The position numbers and the translations under genes are program-made. A stretch of DNA of 55,586 bases, filler included, from Trypethelium eluteriae (Eukaryota), in the NCBI GenBank assembly GCA_051942245.1. It is 3 parts of 3 records of this genome, joined end to end, with 100 filler letters (N's around TTAATTAATTAA, not from the genome) between each part and the next. Parts side by side here need not be neighbours in the genome. Positions count along the whole stretch, not along the records: positions 1 to 18,474 come from JAVECL010000562.1; 2 more parts are not named here. The stretch is one strand, 5' to 3'. Of the stretch, positions 1 to 13,477 are shown piece by piece; position 1 is the stretch's first letter, and each line of letters opens with the position of its first letter. The notes under the pieces were generated by a model. That model had not been told where the DNA came from and searched no databases. It worked only from the letters and a program-made list of their open reading frames with translations.

Positions 1-391
1 GCCCCAGCCTCTGAGTGGGAGAAAAAGGGTTAGCGTTTTGGGTGAGTGGATGCGGAGGTAAGGGAGCGCCAGGCTTGGGTCTGGCTACCTTTGATCGAAG
101 GAGCGGACCTCAATGCCTTTGGAGGCGAGGAGGTTGCAAAAGTTATTGTAGGTGTTGCCTGAGAATATCTGAATAAGGGTGGAGGTGCAAAGGGGCGAGG
201 GGTGTACAGTGATCGCTGAAGCCGTGGATCAAAACCATGCGCGCTTTGGGATTACTGTCGGGCTACAGAAGGTGTAGGAGGTTAGCTTGTGCATTTGAAG
301 TTGGGTTGGATAGCTCGAGCACCTTCCAGGTCTTGGTGTACAATCTTGTGCCATCTTCGACTGCGTGCCAGCCTTCTTCTGTGCCAGTCAT
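1..391 (-). CDS. Alpha/beta hydrolase, monoglyceride lipase/lysophospholipase (Yju3-like, Hydrolase_4); 5' part only, runs off the window start
   Basis: Not in the ORF track. Hand-spliced exons 391-323, 262-208, 158-89 and 10-1 (GT..AG introns, GCTAAC branch sites in introns 1 and 3) give MTGTEEGWHAVEDGTRLYTKTWK-PDSNPKARMVLIHGFSDHC-NTYNNFCNLLASKGIEVRSFDQR-GWG. HGFSDH and FDQRGWG are typical of this family. Confidence 0.88.
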
Positions 392-631
392 GACTCTGAA
401 TAGATGGCCAATTTCTCAAAAGCAAAGAAAATAAGGTTTGCGTGAAATCATAAGGAGCTTCTAGAAACCTTAAGGCTTCAGTAATTAAGAGATGACATGA
501 GCTCGGAGGCATATGACGCCTGCAGACTTTATCGATAAGAGCTATAGCCGAACCCTCCTCACCTGAAGCTACCCATTGCATCAACTGACCGTACTGTGTG
601 ACTCGGAACCGAACAGGCTCTTCGAAATGAG

Positions 632-1690
632 ATGACGGCTGCCTGTCTACCTTACCGTTTCTATAAATTGGGGGCTCGCCATTGGGTAACGGGCAGTGGA
701 TGTTATCGTCGAATCCGAGGCATGGCGGCCGTTCGCGAGAAACTCAGTCATGAGGAACGAACAGCGGCAGAGCCACGGGAGGACGGCCTGCATCCTGTCA
801 AACTGAACAGAATTGAGCAAGTTAACGAATCAATCCGCTTGCTGAGGCTGAGCGTATTGGATCATCAACGAGGTGTCAAGGTTCGTTTGCGATCGTGAAT
901 TCAGTTCTCCGCGTCGTATGACTGCGACACGGACAGAAGCAGTTGTTGATGAACGGATCTTTTAGTAAAGTTCTTACCAGGACAATGGCTTGATATTTTC
1001 ATTCCGGGACTTCCTAAAGCAGGCGGCTTTACGATTACCTCCATTCCGAGGGATGCGGAGCCCGTTGGGGAGAACGCAGATAAAGCAGATGGTAGGCCTT
1101 ACCTCGAGCTTGCTGTACAAAATTCGCCCAAGAACCCTCCTGCAGCACGGCTGTGGCGACCATCGGACGAGATTCTAGGGACGCAACTGGTAGTGCGGGT
1201 TGGAGGAAGTTTTGTCTTCCCACCGCTGGGCGTGCCACCGCAGTTTGTAAAGAGACTGGTCATCATCGCAGGTGGAGTGGGCATAAATCCGCTCATTTCA
1301 ATTCTCGCGCATCTGCATTACACAAATACCATGCCGCCGAGTGTACAATTTCTATATTCGACAAAAATCGGACAGCCTTCACCCAAACTAGAAGATGTAC
1401 TGTTTTTGGATCGACTTCGTTCGATACTGAAAGGCAATGAAGACCGTATGCGACTATCGTTGTTCATTACTGGCCAAAGGCTCGAACTGGAAACGGGGTC
1501 AGGCATAGACTTGCACTATCGTCGTATTGGACAACATGATCTAAGGGAAGCCTTGGGTCCGGTCTCTGAAAGGAGGAATGCCTTTTGCTATGTTTGTGGT
1601 CCTCAAGGCATGACAGATGAATTAGTGGCACGAGTACGAAATGAAGACAGCGTTGTACCCGATCAAGTGCTTTGCGAGAAGTGGTGGTGA
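632..1690 (+). CDS. FAD/NAD-binding oxidoreductase of the FNR superfamily (OXNAD1-like)
   Basis: Exons 632(or ATG 722)-880 and 971-1690; intron 881-970 (GTTCGT..AAG) keeps frame. Motifs FLPGQWLD, GGFTITS, IIAGGVGINP, YVCGPQGM and C-terminal CEKWW. The start codon is uncertain. Confidence 0.85.
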
Positions 1691-1936
1691 TCCAACAATC
1701 ACTACATGAACTGAAACCGTCGAAAAAAACTGCGGACTCAAAGCCTTTCTCCACGCTGCTGAGCGCAAGCTAAGCTCCTTTTTCCTGTTCTCCTCCTCGT
1801 GTTACTAGATGGAATATCCGTTTGCTCAAGTCTTCACATCGAGATTGAGGGATGTGTTGCATCTGTACGTAGAGTATGGCTCTTCCATCCAGGCCACAGT
1901 CAGGATTAATTGAGGGGAGATTTATCCTGTCCTGCA

Positions 1937-3444
1937 CTAGTCATAGGTCATCTTCCTCCAAACTCCAAGAAATCCTCCGCCTGTAACTCTTTCCCCAACC
2001 TTGGGCCTGCACACCATTACATATTCTTGGTCCCGGTTCTTTGAATCCTGAGATTGTTCATCATCACGCTCTCCCATTTCCGGGGGTACAGATTCCGAGT
2101 CTCCTGACTCGGCGCCATCCCCATTGCTCTCAATTGCTGCGTTGCTTTCAGTCGAGTCCACCTGCTGAACGCGCCTTTCCATGACTTTAGTTTTCACCGC
2201 CCTCACGTCCCAGGTCCTACCTTCTGATTTACCTGACTCAAGCTCTACGACTCGATCCAGCATCAACGGTAACCTCTCCGCTTTGACACGCTCGACGCAT
2301 TGAACAATCTGCGTGATGCTAGGGTTGAATACGACAAGCATGCCATTGGGCTGAAGCACGTCTGCCACTGTTGATAGGTGAATATGAGCACTCGGAAGAT
2401 CGAGAATTGCATGCGAAAGGAAGGATTTTGTTGTCTCCCCCTCTGGAGACGTTGATGCTCTTATGTTGTCAACGCCAGAGTCTTGTCGAGAGGTTACCTG
2501 ATCGGTAACCCAGTCTGGCAAATCCCCAGTGTAGAAGTCTATATCTCCATAGTACATCCCACGTCGGAAGTTGCGGACAACTTTTTTAGCATCCCTTGAG
2601 TGTTTGGGCGAGATATCAAGTGTATGCAGAATAGCGCGCCGAGATAGCTTCCATTGATTGAAGGAGTCCAGCGCTTCTTGATCCTCTAGATCCGAGGTAT
2701 TCGAGGATGTGTTTTGTTCTCCATTAGTTTCACTATCTTCAATGCTCAGATCATTCTTGCTGGTCTTCAGCGAAGCTTGGCCGAGACGCGGAATTTCGGG
2801 GGGCGAAGTATTGGCGCCATGTATGGCTCGGGCGAGGTAAAGTGTCAACGCTCCATGCCCGGTCCCTGCTTCCAAAATCTCCAGGGTGCCATCTTGTGGA
2901 TACTGTTGTCCAGGGGTAGCTAAATGGATGTCAAGGAGCGATACTATAAGATTTGCATCTCCGGGGTATATCTACAGTACCATAGGCGTTAGCCTCCAAT
3001 TGCGGTTGCACCAACCTGAAATCATGCAGCAAAAAATGAAATGAAGAAGTCAACCTACAGGGGTCACGACGCGAGGCGTGAGGCTCGTATATTCGCCTAA
3101 GGTTGGGTCATGTATGCGAAACTCGACCGCAGAATTCGAACGGGCTACGTCTCGAACGCGGGCGCCGATAATTTGAGAATGCGATACTGAACCTCTGTGT
3201 GTCGGAGTGACAGCATCCTTCCGCAGTGGCTTCGTCAAGATTGGTCTGCTGGAGGCATCGTGTTTCTGACGCAGGAGTACGATGTCACCTTCTGCAAAAT
3301 CATTAGCTTTGCCTTGAAGGGCATATGGATGCGACACACAAAAACTTTACCTTGGTAAACTTGATGACTGTACCAGCGATTGAGATTGTGAGATACTGCA
3401 GCGCGTGAAGCTCGTAAGCAAGAAATGCCAGAGGAAAACTTCAT
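1937..3444 (-). CDS. tRNA (adenine-58-N1)-methyltransferase catalytic subunit-like (Trm61/Gcd14 family), possibly a mitochondrial paralog
   Basis: Exons 3444-3351, 3291-3059, 2971-1937 (453 aa). Motifs PTLGEY..LTPR..TPIYP, LEAGTGHGALT, AILDLP, FNPSITQ and GGFLGVW. The Arg/Ser-rich N-terminus resembles a mitochondrial presequence. Confidence 0.85.
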
Positions 3445-3735
3445 TCGGTGCAAAAATGGAGTTGTGTCTCGCGCGAGGGTCGAAGTGCGGTTTGAGTTGC
3501 CCAGATTCGCTTTTCAGACCCTTGGATCTGGAACAACGTCAGGACGTGGCTTTCGACTCCACATCCCTTCGAACGGTCCAACCAATCCCTCGCGCTGCTT
3601 TCTCAGATGCTGCAAGGGCGCATTACCAGAGCTGCAGAATAAAATGTCTTCTCGGACAGAATGAATCCAGGCCACTGAGGAACGCAAGCTGGCACCTAGC
3701 TGCAATCCGCTGCGAGCGGGCAGCTTTCCGGCAAG

Positions 3736-5513
3736 ATGACTCGAAGAATCGTGGGTATCCTCCGTCACCGCGGTATTTATCTTGCTGAAAATGCTTTCGC
3801 AGGTTCGAACAGTCATCCAAGTCGGCACGCTTGCTACAATTTTGCTATTTTTTGCGTATCTACTTGACAATCGATATCGTGTGCTGCCCACTTCCATCCA
3901 TAATCAGATACCTTCTCACCATCCTGGCCTAATCGTTACCGATATCAATGTCAAAACGTGTTCATCCCTCAATGTCTTTTCCTCGTGCGCACCAGATTCG
4001 GACCAATGGCAGATGATAGATAAAGAGCTCTACCTGGGTAGCATCTGGTTCTCGAAGGCGTACGTCTACGTACTACGTATGAAGGAGGAGGAACTCGGGC
4101 ACGGTGACAAAGTTGTCCTTGATGTACGAATTAGTCGTCTCGATCCGGCACTGACAGATAAAACCGAGTCTAGAGAAAAATGGGAATCTCGAAATGGAGG
4201 AATATGGTTAAAAAGATCGGCCAAGCATGCGGACAGCGATTCGAAGGATGCCGTGACCGCGGTCGACATTCTCTTCGGAGCCGATGCTGTAGAACCTCGG
4301 CTAGGCTGGGAGGTCAAGGACCTTCCACTTCTTCTTGATACTGCTGGCGAGACCCAGGAATCCCGACTCACTGTCCGGAGGGGACAGCCCGTCAAAATCG
4401 AAAAGGTCGTTCCTCGAATACGAAAGGATGGCAAATTCAAAATTATGCAAGCAGCTGATTTGCACCTCAGCACGGGATTTGGAACTTGCAGGGACACTGA
4501 TCCAGATGGAAAGGACGGAAACAGATGTGACGCAGATACCAAGACGCTCGAATTTGTTGGAAGGCTGTTGGACGAAGAAAAGCCAGATCTTGTGGTATTG
4601 AGCGGTGACCAGGTCAATGGGGAAACAGCACCTGATGCCCAAAGCGTAAGGCCTTTTCGTTGGCATTTTACCTATTTCATGCCTCTATTTTTATGCAACT
4701 GACCCGTCTGTATGAGCCTAGGCTATCTTCAAATTTGCCGAGCTCTTCATCCAGCGTCGTATACCCTATGCTGCGATATTCGGCAATCATGACGACGAAG
4801 GATCTCTACCTCGCACAGCTCAGATGGAGATCCTTCAGGGTTTACCTTATTCGCTTTCCGAGGCTGGTTCTAATACGATCGACGGGGTTGGAAATTACTT
4901 TGTAGAAGTTCTTGCGCCAGGACATTCACAACATTCCGCTTTGACGCTTTATCTTCTCGATACTCACAGCTATTCTCCCGATGAAGCCCACTACAAAGGC
5001 TACGATTGGATCAAGCCTAATCAGATCAAATGGTTTAAGGACACTGCATCTACACTGAAGAGAGACCACAGTAAATATTCGCTAATTCATCTTGATATGG
5101 CGTTTATCCATATCCCAATTCCGGAGTATACCGATCAAAACGCCATCCGAGTAGGACAGTACAGGGAGCCACCGACTGCGCCGACATTCAATTCTGGCTT
5201 TAAAAACGCACTTGTGGAGCATGGTGTTATGGTTGTCAGTTGCGGACACGACCATGTCAACGACTACTGTGCTCTGTCTCAGTCTCTCGAGTCTCAGAAA
5301 CCAGAGCTCTGGATGTGTTACGCGGGTGGGTCTGGATACGGTGGGTACGGCGGTTGGGGTGGATACGATCGTCGGCTGAGGTTCTTTGAACTGGATACTG
5401 ATGAAGCGCGTATCACCACATGGAAGCGGGTTGAGAGCAAGGATGGAGATGAGAGAAAAAAGAAACTCGATCGGCAGATCATTGTTGACGGCGGGAAGGT
5501 CGTGAATGACTGA
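3736..5513 (+). CDS. DCR2: Calcineurin-like metallophosphoesterase (Dcr2 family)
   Basis: Exons 3736-3750 (MTRRI), 3803-4645, 4722-5513 (549 aa). N-terminal membrane anchor; metallophosphoesterase motifs DLH, SGDQ, GNHD, HIP and GHDH. Confidence 0.88.
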
Positions 5514-6029
5514 ATTCAGTGTACTAACAGGGGAAACGCAATTTGGGCCGGCGTTCTGACGTTCTGTAATGGCGGCTATAGTCCAGGAGGTAGAACATGC
5601 TCCCGGGCGGCACTGACTTGCTTGATGGAGGCTGAGCATGGCGTTTAGGAGCACAAGAGCTCGCATGATATCAGGACTTTTGATGCCTCTCGCACTTTGT
5701 GTGTAAACGCTAGCAGTCGATCTTGCGACATCTGTATTAGAATGCGTCTCTCTTCAAGTTGAGATTTGTTTCGATTCTTGTAAGCCTTTGACCAGGAATC
5801 TGTCCCAGTGATGTCTCTACAAGGATCTTGGCTTCAATTCTTACTCCACCTGCCCACCTGCAATTCTCCGACAGTCTCTTGGGAGCGGGCCGAGCCGAAG
5901 GCGCACCAGGCGCCTTCACGTCATTCAACGGTCTCCACGGTGCTCCGTTGGCTCCTTTCCGTCATTCCGAAATCATTCTTAGTCTCGATTTGTTGTTGAC
6001 CCCACTAGATTCAGATATCGTTAGGCAAA

Positions 6030-7016
6030 ATGGCAAAGCCCACGGTCGGGATCCTTTCCATTGGAGATATGGGTGTTGGCATTGCCAGACTACTACTAGC
6101 GAATAATTATCATGTAGTGACGAGTGTCTCTAGTCGGAGGTATCCAGCTTCCTTTGTGATTACAGCTCTAGATTTTAACTGATGCGGTCGAGCTAGTGAA
6201 GCTACCAAAGAGCGAGCGCAAAAAGCTAACATAGCCTTGGTGGAGAAGGACGGAGATCTCGTCGACCAGGCGGATTATATTCTCTCGATCGTTCCTCCCC
6301 GTGATGCTCTCGCAACGGCACGCCGCATCGCTTTTGCCAAGATTGAGCTAGAGAAGCGAAAACAGCCGCTTTATTATGTCGATCTCAATGCCATTGCCCC
6401 TCGAAGTTCCCGTCAGATTGCCGACATCTTCCAGCCTTTCACGGAGCATGTCAGATTTATTGATGGCGGGATTATTGGAGGTCCGCCAGCTCCCAAACCG
6501 GACTCTCCCGGGGAATGGAGAAAGCCAAGTCTAGTCGTCTCTGGTCCGCATTCTCTTCATGATGATCGGTCAGGCCATGGAGCAAGCCTGGCTTCGATTC
6601 TCAATATGAGGCACATTGCCAACGAGATTGGCCCGGCGAGCGGATTGAAGATGTGCTTTGCAAGCACGACCAAAGGTCCCACTGCTATAGCTATCCAGTC
6701 ATTCACCACCGCCTCCAGGCTTGGTGTCCTTGACGAGCTGAGAGCACATTTAAGTAACTATAGCCCTATGACAGGACAGCTTGCTGAAGCAGGGGTCAAA
6801 GGGATGCCTTCCAAGGCCTATAGATGGGTGGAAGAGATGCGGCAGATTGGAGAAACATTTGAAGTTGATGGAGGGTGGGGAAGTGAGACAGCCATCTTTC
6901 CAGGTGCAGCAGCATTGTACGAGTTCGTGGCAAGCGTAGAAGGTTTGGGAGGAGAGAAAGGGTCAGAAGTCGAGGAAGTGGTTCATGGCTTGACGACGAA
7001 GCTAAAGAAGGAGTAA
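6030..7016 (+). CDS. NAD(P)-binding 6-phosphogluconate/3-hydroxyacid dehydrogenase-like protein (DUF1932-type C-terminus)
   Basis: Exons 6030-6139 and 6197-7016 (309 aa). Rossmann start VGILSIGDMG, then DLNAIAP, DGGIIGGPP, ASGLKMCFAS and KAYRWVEEM. Confidence 0.85.
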
Positions 7017-7750
7017 TGGTCCTCGACAGGGCACTAAGGTAACTTGTCATGTAGTCCACAATGATCATTCCGCACGTGCAATACCTTGCAGGTCTTTTAC
7101 CTATGATACTTTTCCGCTTCGGGATGAGAAAGTTGAATGGTCATGAAAGCGAGTGCACGCAGAATGTAATTTGTTGATAGTGATTCTTTAGCAGGAAGAC
7201 GCTGAAGCAAATAGTCCAGGCTTTGCAATGTTAGCCTCGGTGAATGAAGAGATCGAGGCTGGGAAGCTGAGGAGACCATTCAGAATTCGGTCTTGCTCGC
7301 CTAAAGCAGAGAAGTTTCCTGAATGTGAAACGTGTTTATTCATAAAGTCGGTGTCAAGACAGGCCGAAACTTTTTTTCGTGCAGCGGGGCACGCGAGCCT
7401 TCCTCGAGAGTAACACTTCAACCCGCCTCTTTTAGCCATCACAAAGACTTCTCCCAGACACCCGCCCTAGACGAAGAAGTTCCTGACCAAAGCGAACACT
7501 TACTATGGCTCTTTAAGTCTTTATTCTCAAGCCGTCCTCACCATGTCTCGGTAGCGAGAGCCACCTCACAGTATGCTGTCAGGAATGCGTACCACTTACC
7601 TCCCATCGGTTACATAACCACACAAGAAAAGGGCCTCGAATTACAAGATCCATCTCAAAGAAGCCCTTACCTCAGCAAAGCTTCTCACTTCCCTTTCTAT
7701 AAAAGACACACGTTATACCAGCGCGGATCAGCACTGTGTTGCTGGGTAGA

Positions 7751-10700
7751 ATGGATGCACAGGTGCGTGACACTTTCGGACGTTGCTTGAAGATGGAACC
7801 TCCAAGGCTTCCAAATGAGTATTCTCACTGACGCAACGGCTTTTAAGGTTGAGAATGCCATTGAAATCGCCTATGACCCATATTCTGCCGGAAATCTCAA
7901 AAGTCAAGCCTTCCAATTTATCAGCCAATTACGCGAGGACCACACCAGTTGGCAAGTCTGCCTTTCCCTCTTCACACGCTCTCCGCGAGCCTCCGAAATC
8001 GTTCGTCATGTCTCCCTGGAGGTAATAAATAACGCCGTCCAGGCAAACCGCTTGGACAGGCAAGAGCTGGTTTACATCAAAGATACACTTGTCCAATACT
8101 GGCGTGAGAATTATTCTGGAGCAGCCCCTAATGATACCCTAGATACATCGTATCTTCAGAATAAGCTCGTACAAACCGCCACGTGTCTATTCATCTGTTT
8201 GTACACAACAGAGTGGAGCTCGTTTTTTGATGATTTTCGACTCACCGCCGCCAACGACATCACTTCAATGGGGACGAATGTGGCTGGTACGATGCTTTTT
8301 CTTCGTGCTCTCAATACTGTACACGATGAGATCGCAGATAGCCTGGTATCACGATCACCCGAGGAGTTAAAGAGGAATAATGAATTGAAAGATTTGATAC
8401 GGTCTAGAGATATCGGAAACATCGCATCCTCATGGCAAGCAATACTCTCAAATTGGCGACAGATAGACTCTGAGGTCGTCGAGATATGCTTGAGAAATAT
8501 CAGCAGATGGGTCAGCTGGATTGACATAAGCCTGATCGTTAACGAGAGAATTATCAATCCGCTCCTCGAGATCGCAGGCCAACCGGAAAACGCTTCAGCC
8601 AAGGGAAGCGAAGCGGCCGTCCAAAATTTCAACGCCGTCGACACGTTTTCGGAGATTGTGGCTAAGAAGATGCGACCTCAAGATAAGCTTCAGATGATCA
8701 ATGTCCTTAGTATTGATATGATTGTACAGAAGCTCATTGCAAGCCCCGCGTTATCAGAGCTTCGGTCGACCTCTCAGTACGACATCGATCTAGCGGAGTC
8801 GGTCGCGAAGCTCGTTAACAACACCGTCTTTGATATTGTCAAGATTCTTGATGCGGACGACGTTGACACCGAGACAAGAGCTAAGGCGGATGAGATGCTG
8901 CAAGCTTTCATCCCGCATCTCCTTAGATTCTTCAGCGACCAATTCGACGAACTCTGCTCAATGGTGATCCCTTCCTTGACGGATTTACTGACCTTCTACC
9001 GAAAAATCGTCAAGAATAGAGGAAGTCTACCTCAACATCATGCTGCGATGATGCCGCCGATCATCAGTGCTATCATTGCAAAGATGAAATACGATGAAAC
9101 GTCCACCTGGGGAGAAGAAGATCAGGAGACGGATGAAGCCGAATTTCAAGACCTTCGAAAGAAACTTCACGTGCTTCAGCAGACTGCTGCTACAATTGAT
9201 GAAACTTTGTGCATCGATATCTTTGGGAACATTGTCCGCGATGCTTTTGCAAGGTATCGGAATAGAGACAGTCAGATTACCTGGAGAGATCTCGATCTTG
9301 CACTGCATGAAATGTACCTCTTCGGAGAACTTGCTGTCAAGAACGGGGGCTTGTACCAAAAACACAAGCCATCATCATTAGCATCAGAGCGCCTAATCGA
9401 AATGATGGTGAACATGATAGAATCGGGTAGCTACTTCGCAATTCTTGAGCATTAAATAATCTGCTAACATGACATGAACAGAGCTTGCTTCGTATCCGCA
9501 TCCTGCTATTCAGCTTCAATACATGGAGATCTGTGTTCGGTACTGCTCGTTTTTCGAGCATCATACGCATCTCATACCCCATACACTTGAGAGCTTCGTT
9601 CGGTTCGTGCACAGTGACCATATCAAAGTCCGAACTCGATCATGGTACCTCTTTCATCGATACATTCGGCATTTGAGGGCGCAATTAGGCAATGTTTCCG
9701 AAACAATCATTAACGCCATCAAGGATCTTTTATCTTTCTACGCGGAGCTCCCTCAAGAATCGGCTGACGACGATATGTCTTCAGAAGAAAATGACCAGTC
9801 AGCAGATGCTGTATTCACCAGTCGGCTCTACCTTTTCGAAGCTGTCGGATGCATTGCATCGGCGCCATCCGTACCCGTGCAGCGGAAGGTGCTGTACGCG
9901 CAATTAGTCATGAGCCCTCTCTTTACGGATATCGAGCAACACATAGAGCCTGCCAAAGCTGGTGACCAGCGAGCGGTGCTTCAGGTCCACCACGACATCA
10001 TGGCGTTAGGGACATTGGCTAGGGGCTACTCGGACTGGAACCCGAATGTTGCTTCAAGTGGACCACCTCCAGCCCCTGAGGTATCACAAGAATTCTTGAA
10101 AGCCGCGGAGGCTATCCTTCTCGCGCTCGAGACCCTCAAATCATCCATGGATGCCCGCTCAGCAGCAAGATTCGCATTTTCTCGTCTGATCGGCGTCCTA
10201 GGGGCTAGAGTCCTCGAACAGCTGCCTCGATGGATAGACGGTATTCTTGCACAAAGCTCTACTAAGGACGAAATCGCAACCTTCCTGAGATTATTGGATC
10301 AAGTTGTGTTCGGCTTCAAGACAGAGATCTATGCAATCCTCGATTCCCTCCTCACTCCTCTGCTCCAGAGAGTTTTTGCCGGGCTGGCCGAACCGACTAC
10401 CGGCACTGACGATGAGATTCAACTCGTTGAACTCAAGCGAGAATACCTGAATTTTCTACTAATTGTTCTCCACAATGATCTCGCAGCAGTTTTTATCAGT
10501 TCTAGTCAGTCCTTCATTCCCTACAGTACTATCACAATTAGCTGACGAATGATACTTGTAGCAAACCAACCCATTTTCGACACAATCATTACTACGCTCG
10601 AGCACTTCTCCCGCGACTCCAACGATTACTCTACCGCCCGTCTGGCACTTTCGGTTGTCGACCGTATGTGTCTGACCTGGGGTGGACCTGACGTCTCCTC

Positions 10701-11067
10701 ATCATATTCTAAACCGAATACAACACAACCCAAAGCTACAGTCTCGAGTCCGAACTTACCTGGATTTGACAACTTCATGCTCAGCCGATTTTCCCCTTTG
10801 ACATGGGCACTGCTCTCCTCTCCTTCATTCAATGCGAAAGATCCGCAAGCCCGGCAGGTGCTTGGCGAAATCGCGAACTTGCAGCAGAATATTTTGGTCA
10901 AGACTGGAGATCAGTACCTCACCTGGCTCAAGGATGTCGAGCTTAAGAATCTTGGTGTTGGACCTGACGTGGTAGAAGAATACCTGCGTGCCCTGGCTGG
11001 AATGGACATGAAGGCTTTTCGGGGGTTTCTGACCGCCTTTGTGGGAAGAGCGAGGGGTGGGAATTGA
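7751..11067 (+). CDS. LOS1: Exportin-T (tRNA nuclear export karyopherin)
   Basis: Exons 7751-7762 (MDAQ), 7848-9426, 9482-10504, 10562-11067 (1039 aa); all junctions keep frame. HEAT/Xpo1-like content: [44 protein letters not shown]. Confidence 0.92.
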
Positions 11068-11235
11068 TTCTGTTCCAAAACTATGCACATTCTGGCGCAA
11101 TGCTGTGGGCGGAGTTTTGACTCAAGATATGATTCATCAATGATACCTAACATGATTGCATTTAAGGAAAGGCGTCCATGGTGACGAGATGCGTCACTTA
11201 GGAACCAGCGATGGTTGCTACTTAAGAAATAAGAC

Positions 11236-11260
11236 TTTTTTTTTTTTTCTTTTTTTTTTT
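11236..11260. repeat. Poly-T tract in the convergent 3' region between LOS1 and the small Cys protein gene
   Basis: About 25 nt of T with a single C interruption. Confidence 0.9.
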
Positions 11261-11436
11261 AAATCGATCGTTTTGATGCAGTATTGTGTCTTCCAAAGCT
11301 TCATTCGCTTTGCCTATTATTCCCTCTGGGACTCTTCTGAGATAAGATCAATTCCGCCCTTCGTCCCCGAGTGCCAATGAAACCTCTGTTTCACGCCACG
11401 GTTGGACAACTTCGTTTTCGACAAATGTCAGGCAAG

Positions 11437-11859
11437 TTATGCTATCAGGTTCATGGCAGGAGTGGCGCGCTCTGAGTTAGTCTGCAGCACCGGGTGCCAG
11501 GAAGCCAAGGTGCGCCCACTTTTGCTATATACCAAGTCAGCAAAACTTGTTTCCTTTCTCTCCCAGTTTGAGGAACGTACCCTTTTGCGTGCCAAACTTG
11601 CACTCTGTTTGGCCTCTTCAGCAGCTCTCGCCGCTTGCTTTTGTGCTTTCCGTTCTTTTTTGCGGCGAAGCTTTTCGAGTTCCAACTCGCACTGAGGACA
11701 TTTCTGCTGCAGGATTTCTTGCTCGGTCTTGAAATTACGGCATCTCGACAAGTCGTGTGTAGTGTAGTCGGATACCTGAATGTCGTTGCAAATGTCGAAA
11801 GCAGGCGATTTGTGACATTCGTGGTCGCAGAGGTAGCGGAAAGTTCTTACGAAACACAT
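11437..11859 (-). CDS. Small hypothetical protein with a Cys/His-rich N-terminus (possible Zn binder) and a basic coiled-coil tail
   Basis: 140-aa ATG ORF: MC..x8..CDHEC..C..C..CPQC, followed by a K/R/A/E helical stretch. 'MC....Y.CxH...CxxC' openings are common in small fungal orphan proteins. Confidence 0.55.
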   Translation of the reverse strand: MCFVRTFRYLCDHECHKSPAFDICNDIQVSDYTTHDLSRCRNFKTEQEILQQKCPQCELELEKLRRKKERKAQKQAARAAEEAKQSASLARKRVRSSNWERKETSFADLVYSKSGRTLASWHPVLQTNSERATPAMNLIA

Positions 11860-13477
11860 GGTCGTCTGGATTACTCTTCATTAAGGAATGATAGCTGTTA
11901 ATAGTAGGCTTGGCTCTGTGGAAAGGGTTCGATGAGACTGGGTACAACCAGATGGTGTGTAGTGAAGAGTCATGCCAGGTAGGGCCATGGAGAAGGCCAT
12001 TGGCATGACAAGAAATAAAGCACAACGATAGTTGTGACGTGGAGTGAACATTGCCATGATGCCGTTTGTTGGGTACATGGCGTCGAGCGTCCAACCAATT
12101 CCCAAGATTTAGCATGGATAGCACTAATCAGAGGAAGCATGGTTGGATTTTTGGAATTGCTTTGTTCGAGTTAAGGGCAGTGTGACTGATGCGGATTTGC
12201 AGCCAGAAAACCCCCTATTCACCACAGCTTCTATTTCGTAACCTCGCTCAATTGGCTCAAGTTTTTGCCGAAGTTTCGGAACAACCAATTGATCGTTAGG
12301 GTGGAATATTGATGGATATCGCTTAGCCTCAGCAATATTGAAACGCATAAAGAAGATATTCGTTCAACATACCCTTTCGCTAGTGAAGGCGACTGATGAA
12401 CGTGAATGCAAAGTGCGTGAACTAGGTAAGGTACCGTTGTGAAAGGAAGTACGACGCCAAAACCACCTATGACGTACTGCTAGCGCAGTACTACTGATCA
12501 CAGTCATGCAAGATAGAATGACAGACACTCTGGGTTAACGAGCTCACCCCAGGATTCAGGGACATTGGGTGATGCCGAAAATTTGCTGGGGCCATCCTGG
12601 CTTGCATGATGCTAAAATAGGAACGACGTTCTCCCTACATGCAACTTCTTAGATGTATTCACTCGGTCCGTCTTCGCGACCCTTATCCTTTCTTCGAATC
12701 CTTCTTTAAAGTCTCATGCTTCGGAAGACTTCATGGGAGGACCCAAATCTGCGTGCCGTAGATACCAAGCTGCCGGCTGCCTCGGATGTCTCCAAGAATC
12801 ACGTCCTTACATGAACAGAGCCCTTCTAGCCAAATTGAGACTTCTATTATTCTCTGCTCAAGTCTATGGAGTCTTGGTATTCAAGGTCCTTTCCATGTGT
12901 TGGGACGAAAAGTGGTAGCTTCGGATGACCGACCTCTATTTGGAGACTTCCTGTTTAGTACTAGTGGGGCCGTACATAGCGTTGCTTTTCTGCCACCAAA
13001 TCTGGCTTCCTGCGACACACCCCCCTTGGATTACCCACAGATCCTACAGTATCGAGGCACTACTAACCACTGGCCTCTGCCATTCTTTTGAAGACTGTCC
13101 TGGGCCATAGTGCTGTGCGAATTTGACCAATTTGAGGGTGTCACATGGCTTTTCATCTACATGAAGTACTTTGGGCAGGGAAGGTAAGCGAATGATCCTT
13201 TTTCCACCAAACATTCTGTGGTACCCTTGCCTTAAATAGCAGCACATCGAATAATATTAAAGGTGTGACTTTTAGGCTAGAAGTGCCTTTCAAGTTTTGC
13301 CCGTGACAGATAACCTTTCTGTAGGTCTCATGGATAAATAAATGCATCATCGATTTCCTTTGCGTTAAAGTGCATTTGAAGCCGGCAGTTCCTTACCATT
13401 TTTTTCCCTCTCCACCATCGTTTGTTTCCTCTCTCCATTAAGCTTTAGGTATCTTTGCCCCTTCAGTATACTTTCAA

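Noticed and set aside
282..584. 100-aa minus-strand ORF as the first gene
   Set aside because: The real gene uses a different frame from ATG 391 with three introns and gives clear hydrolase motifs.
1937..11067. Functional tRNA-processing cluster (Trm61-like plus LOS1)
   Set aside because: The genes are separated by unrelated genes, the methyltransferase looks mitochondrial, and chance co-location is sufficient.
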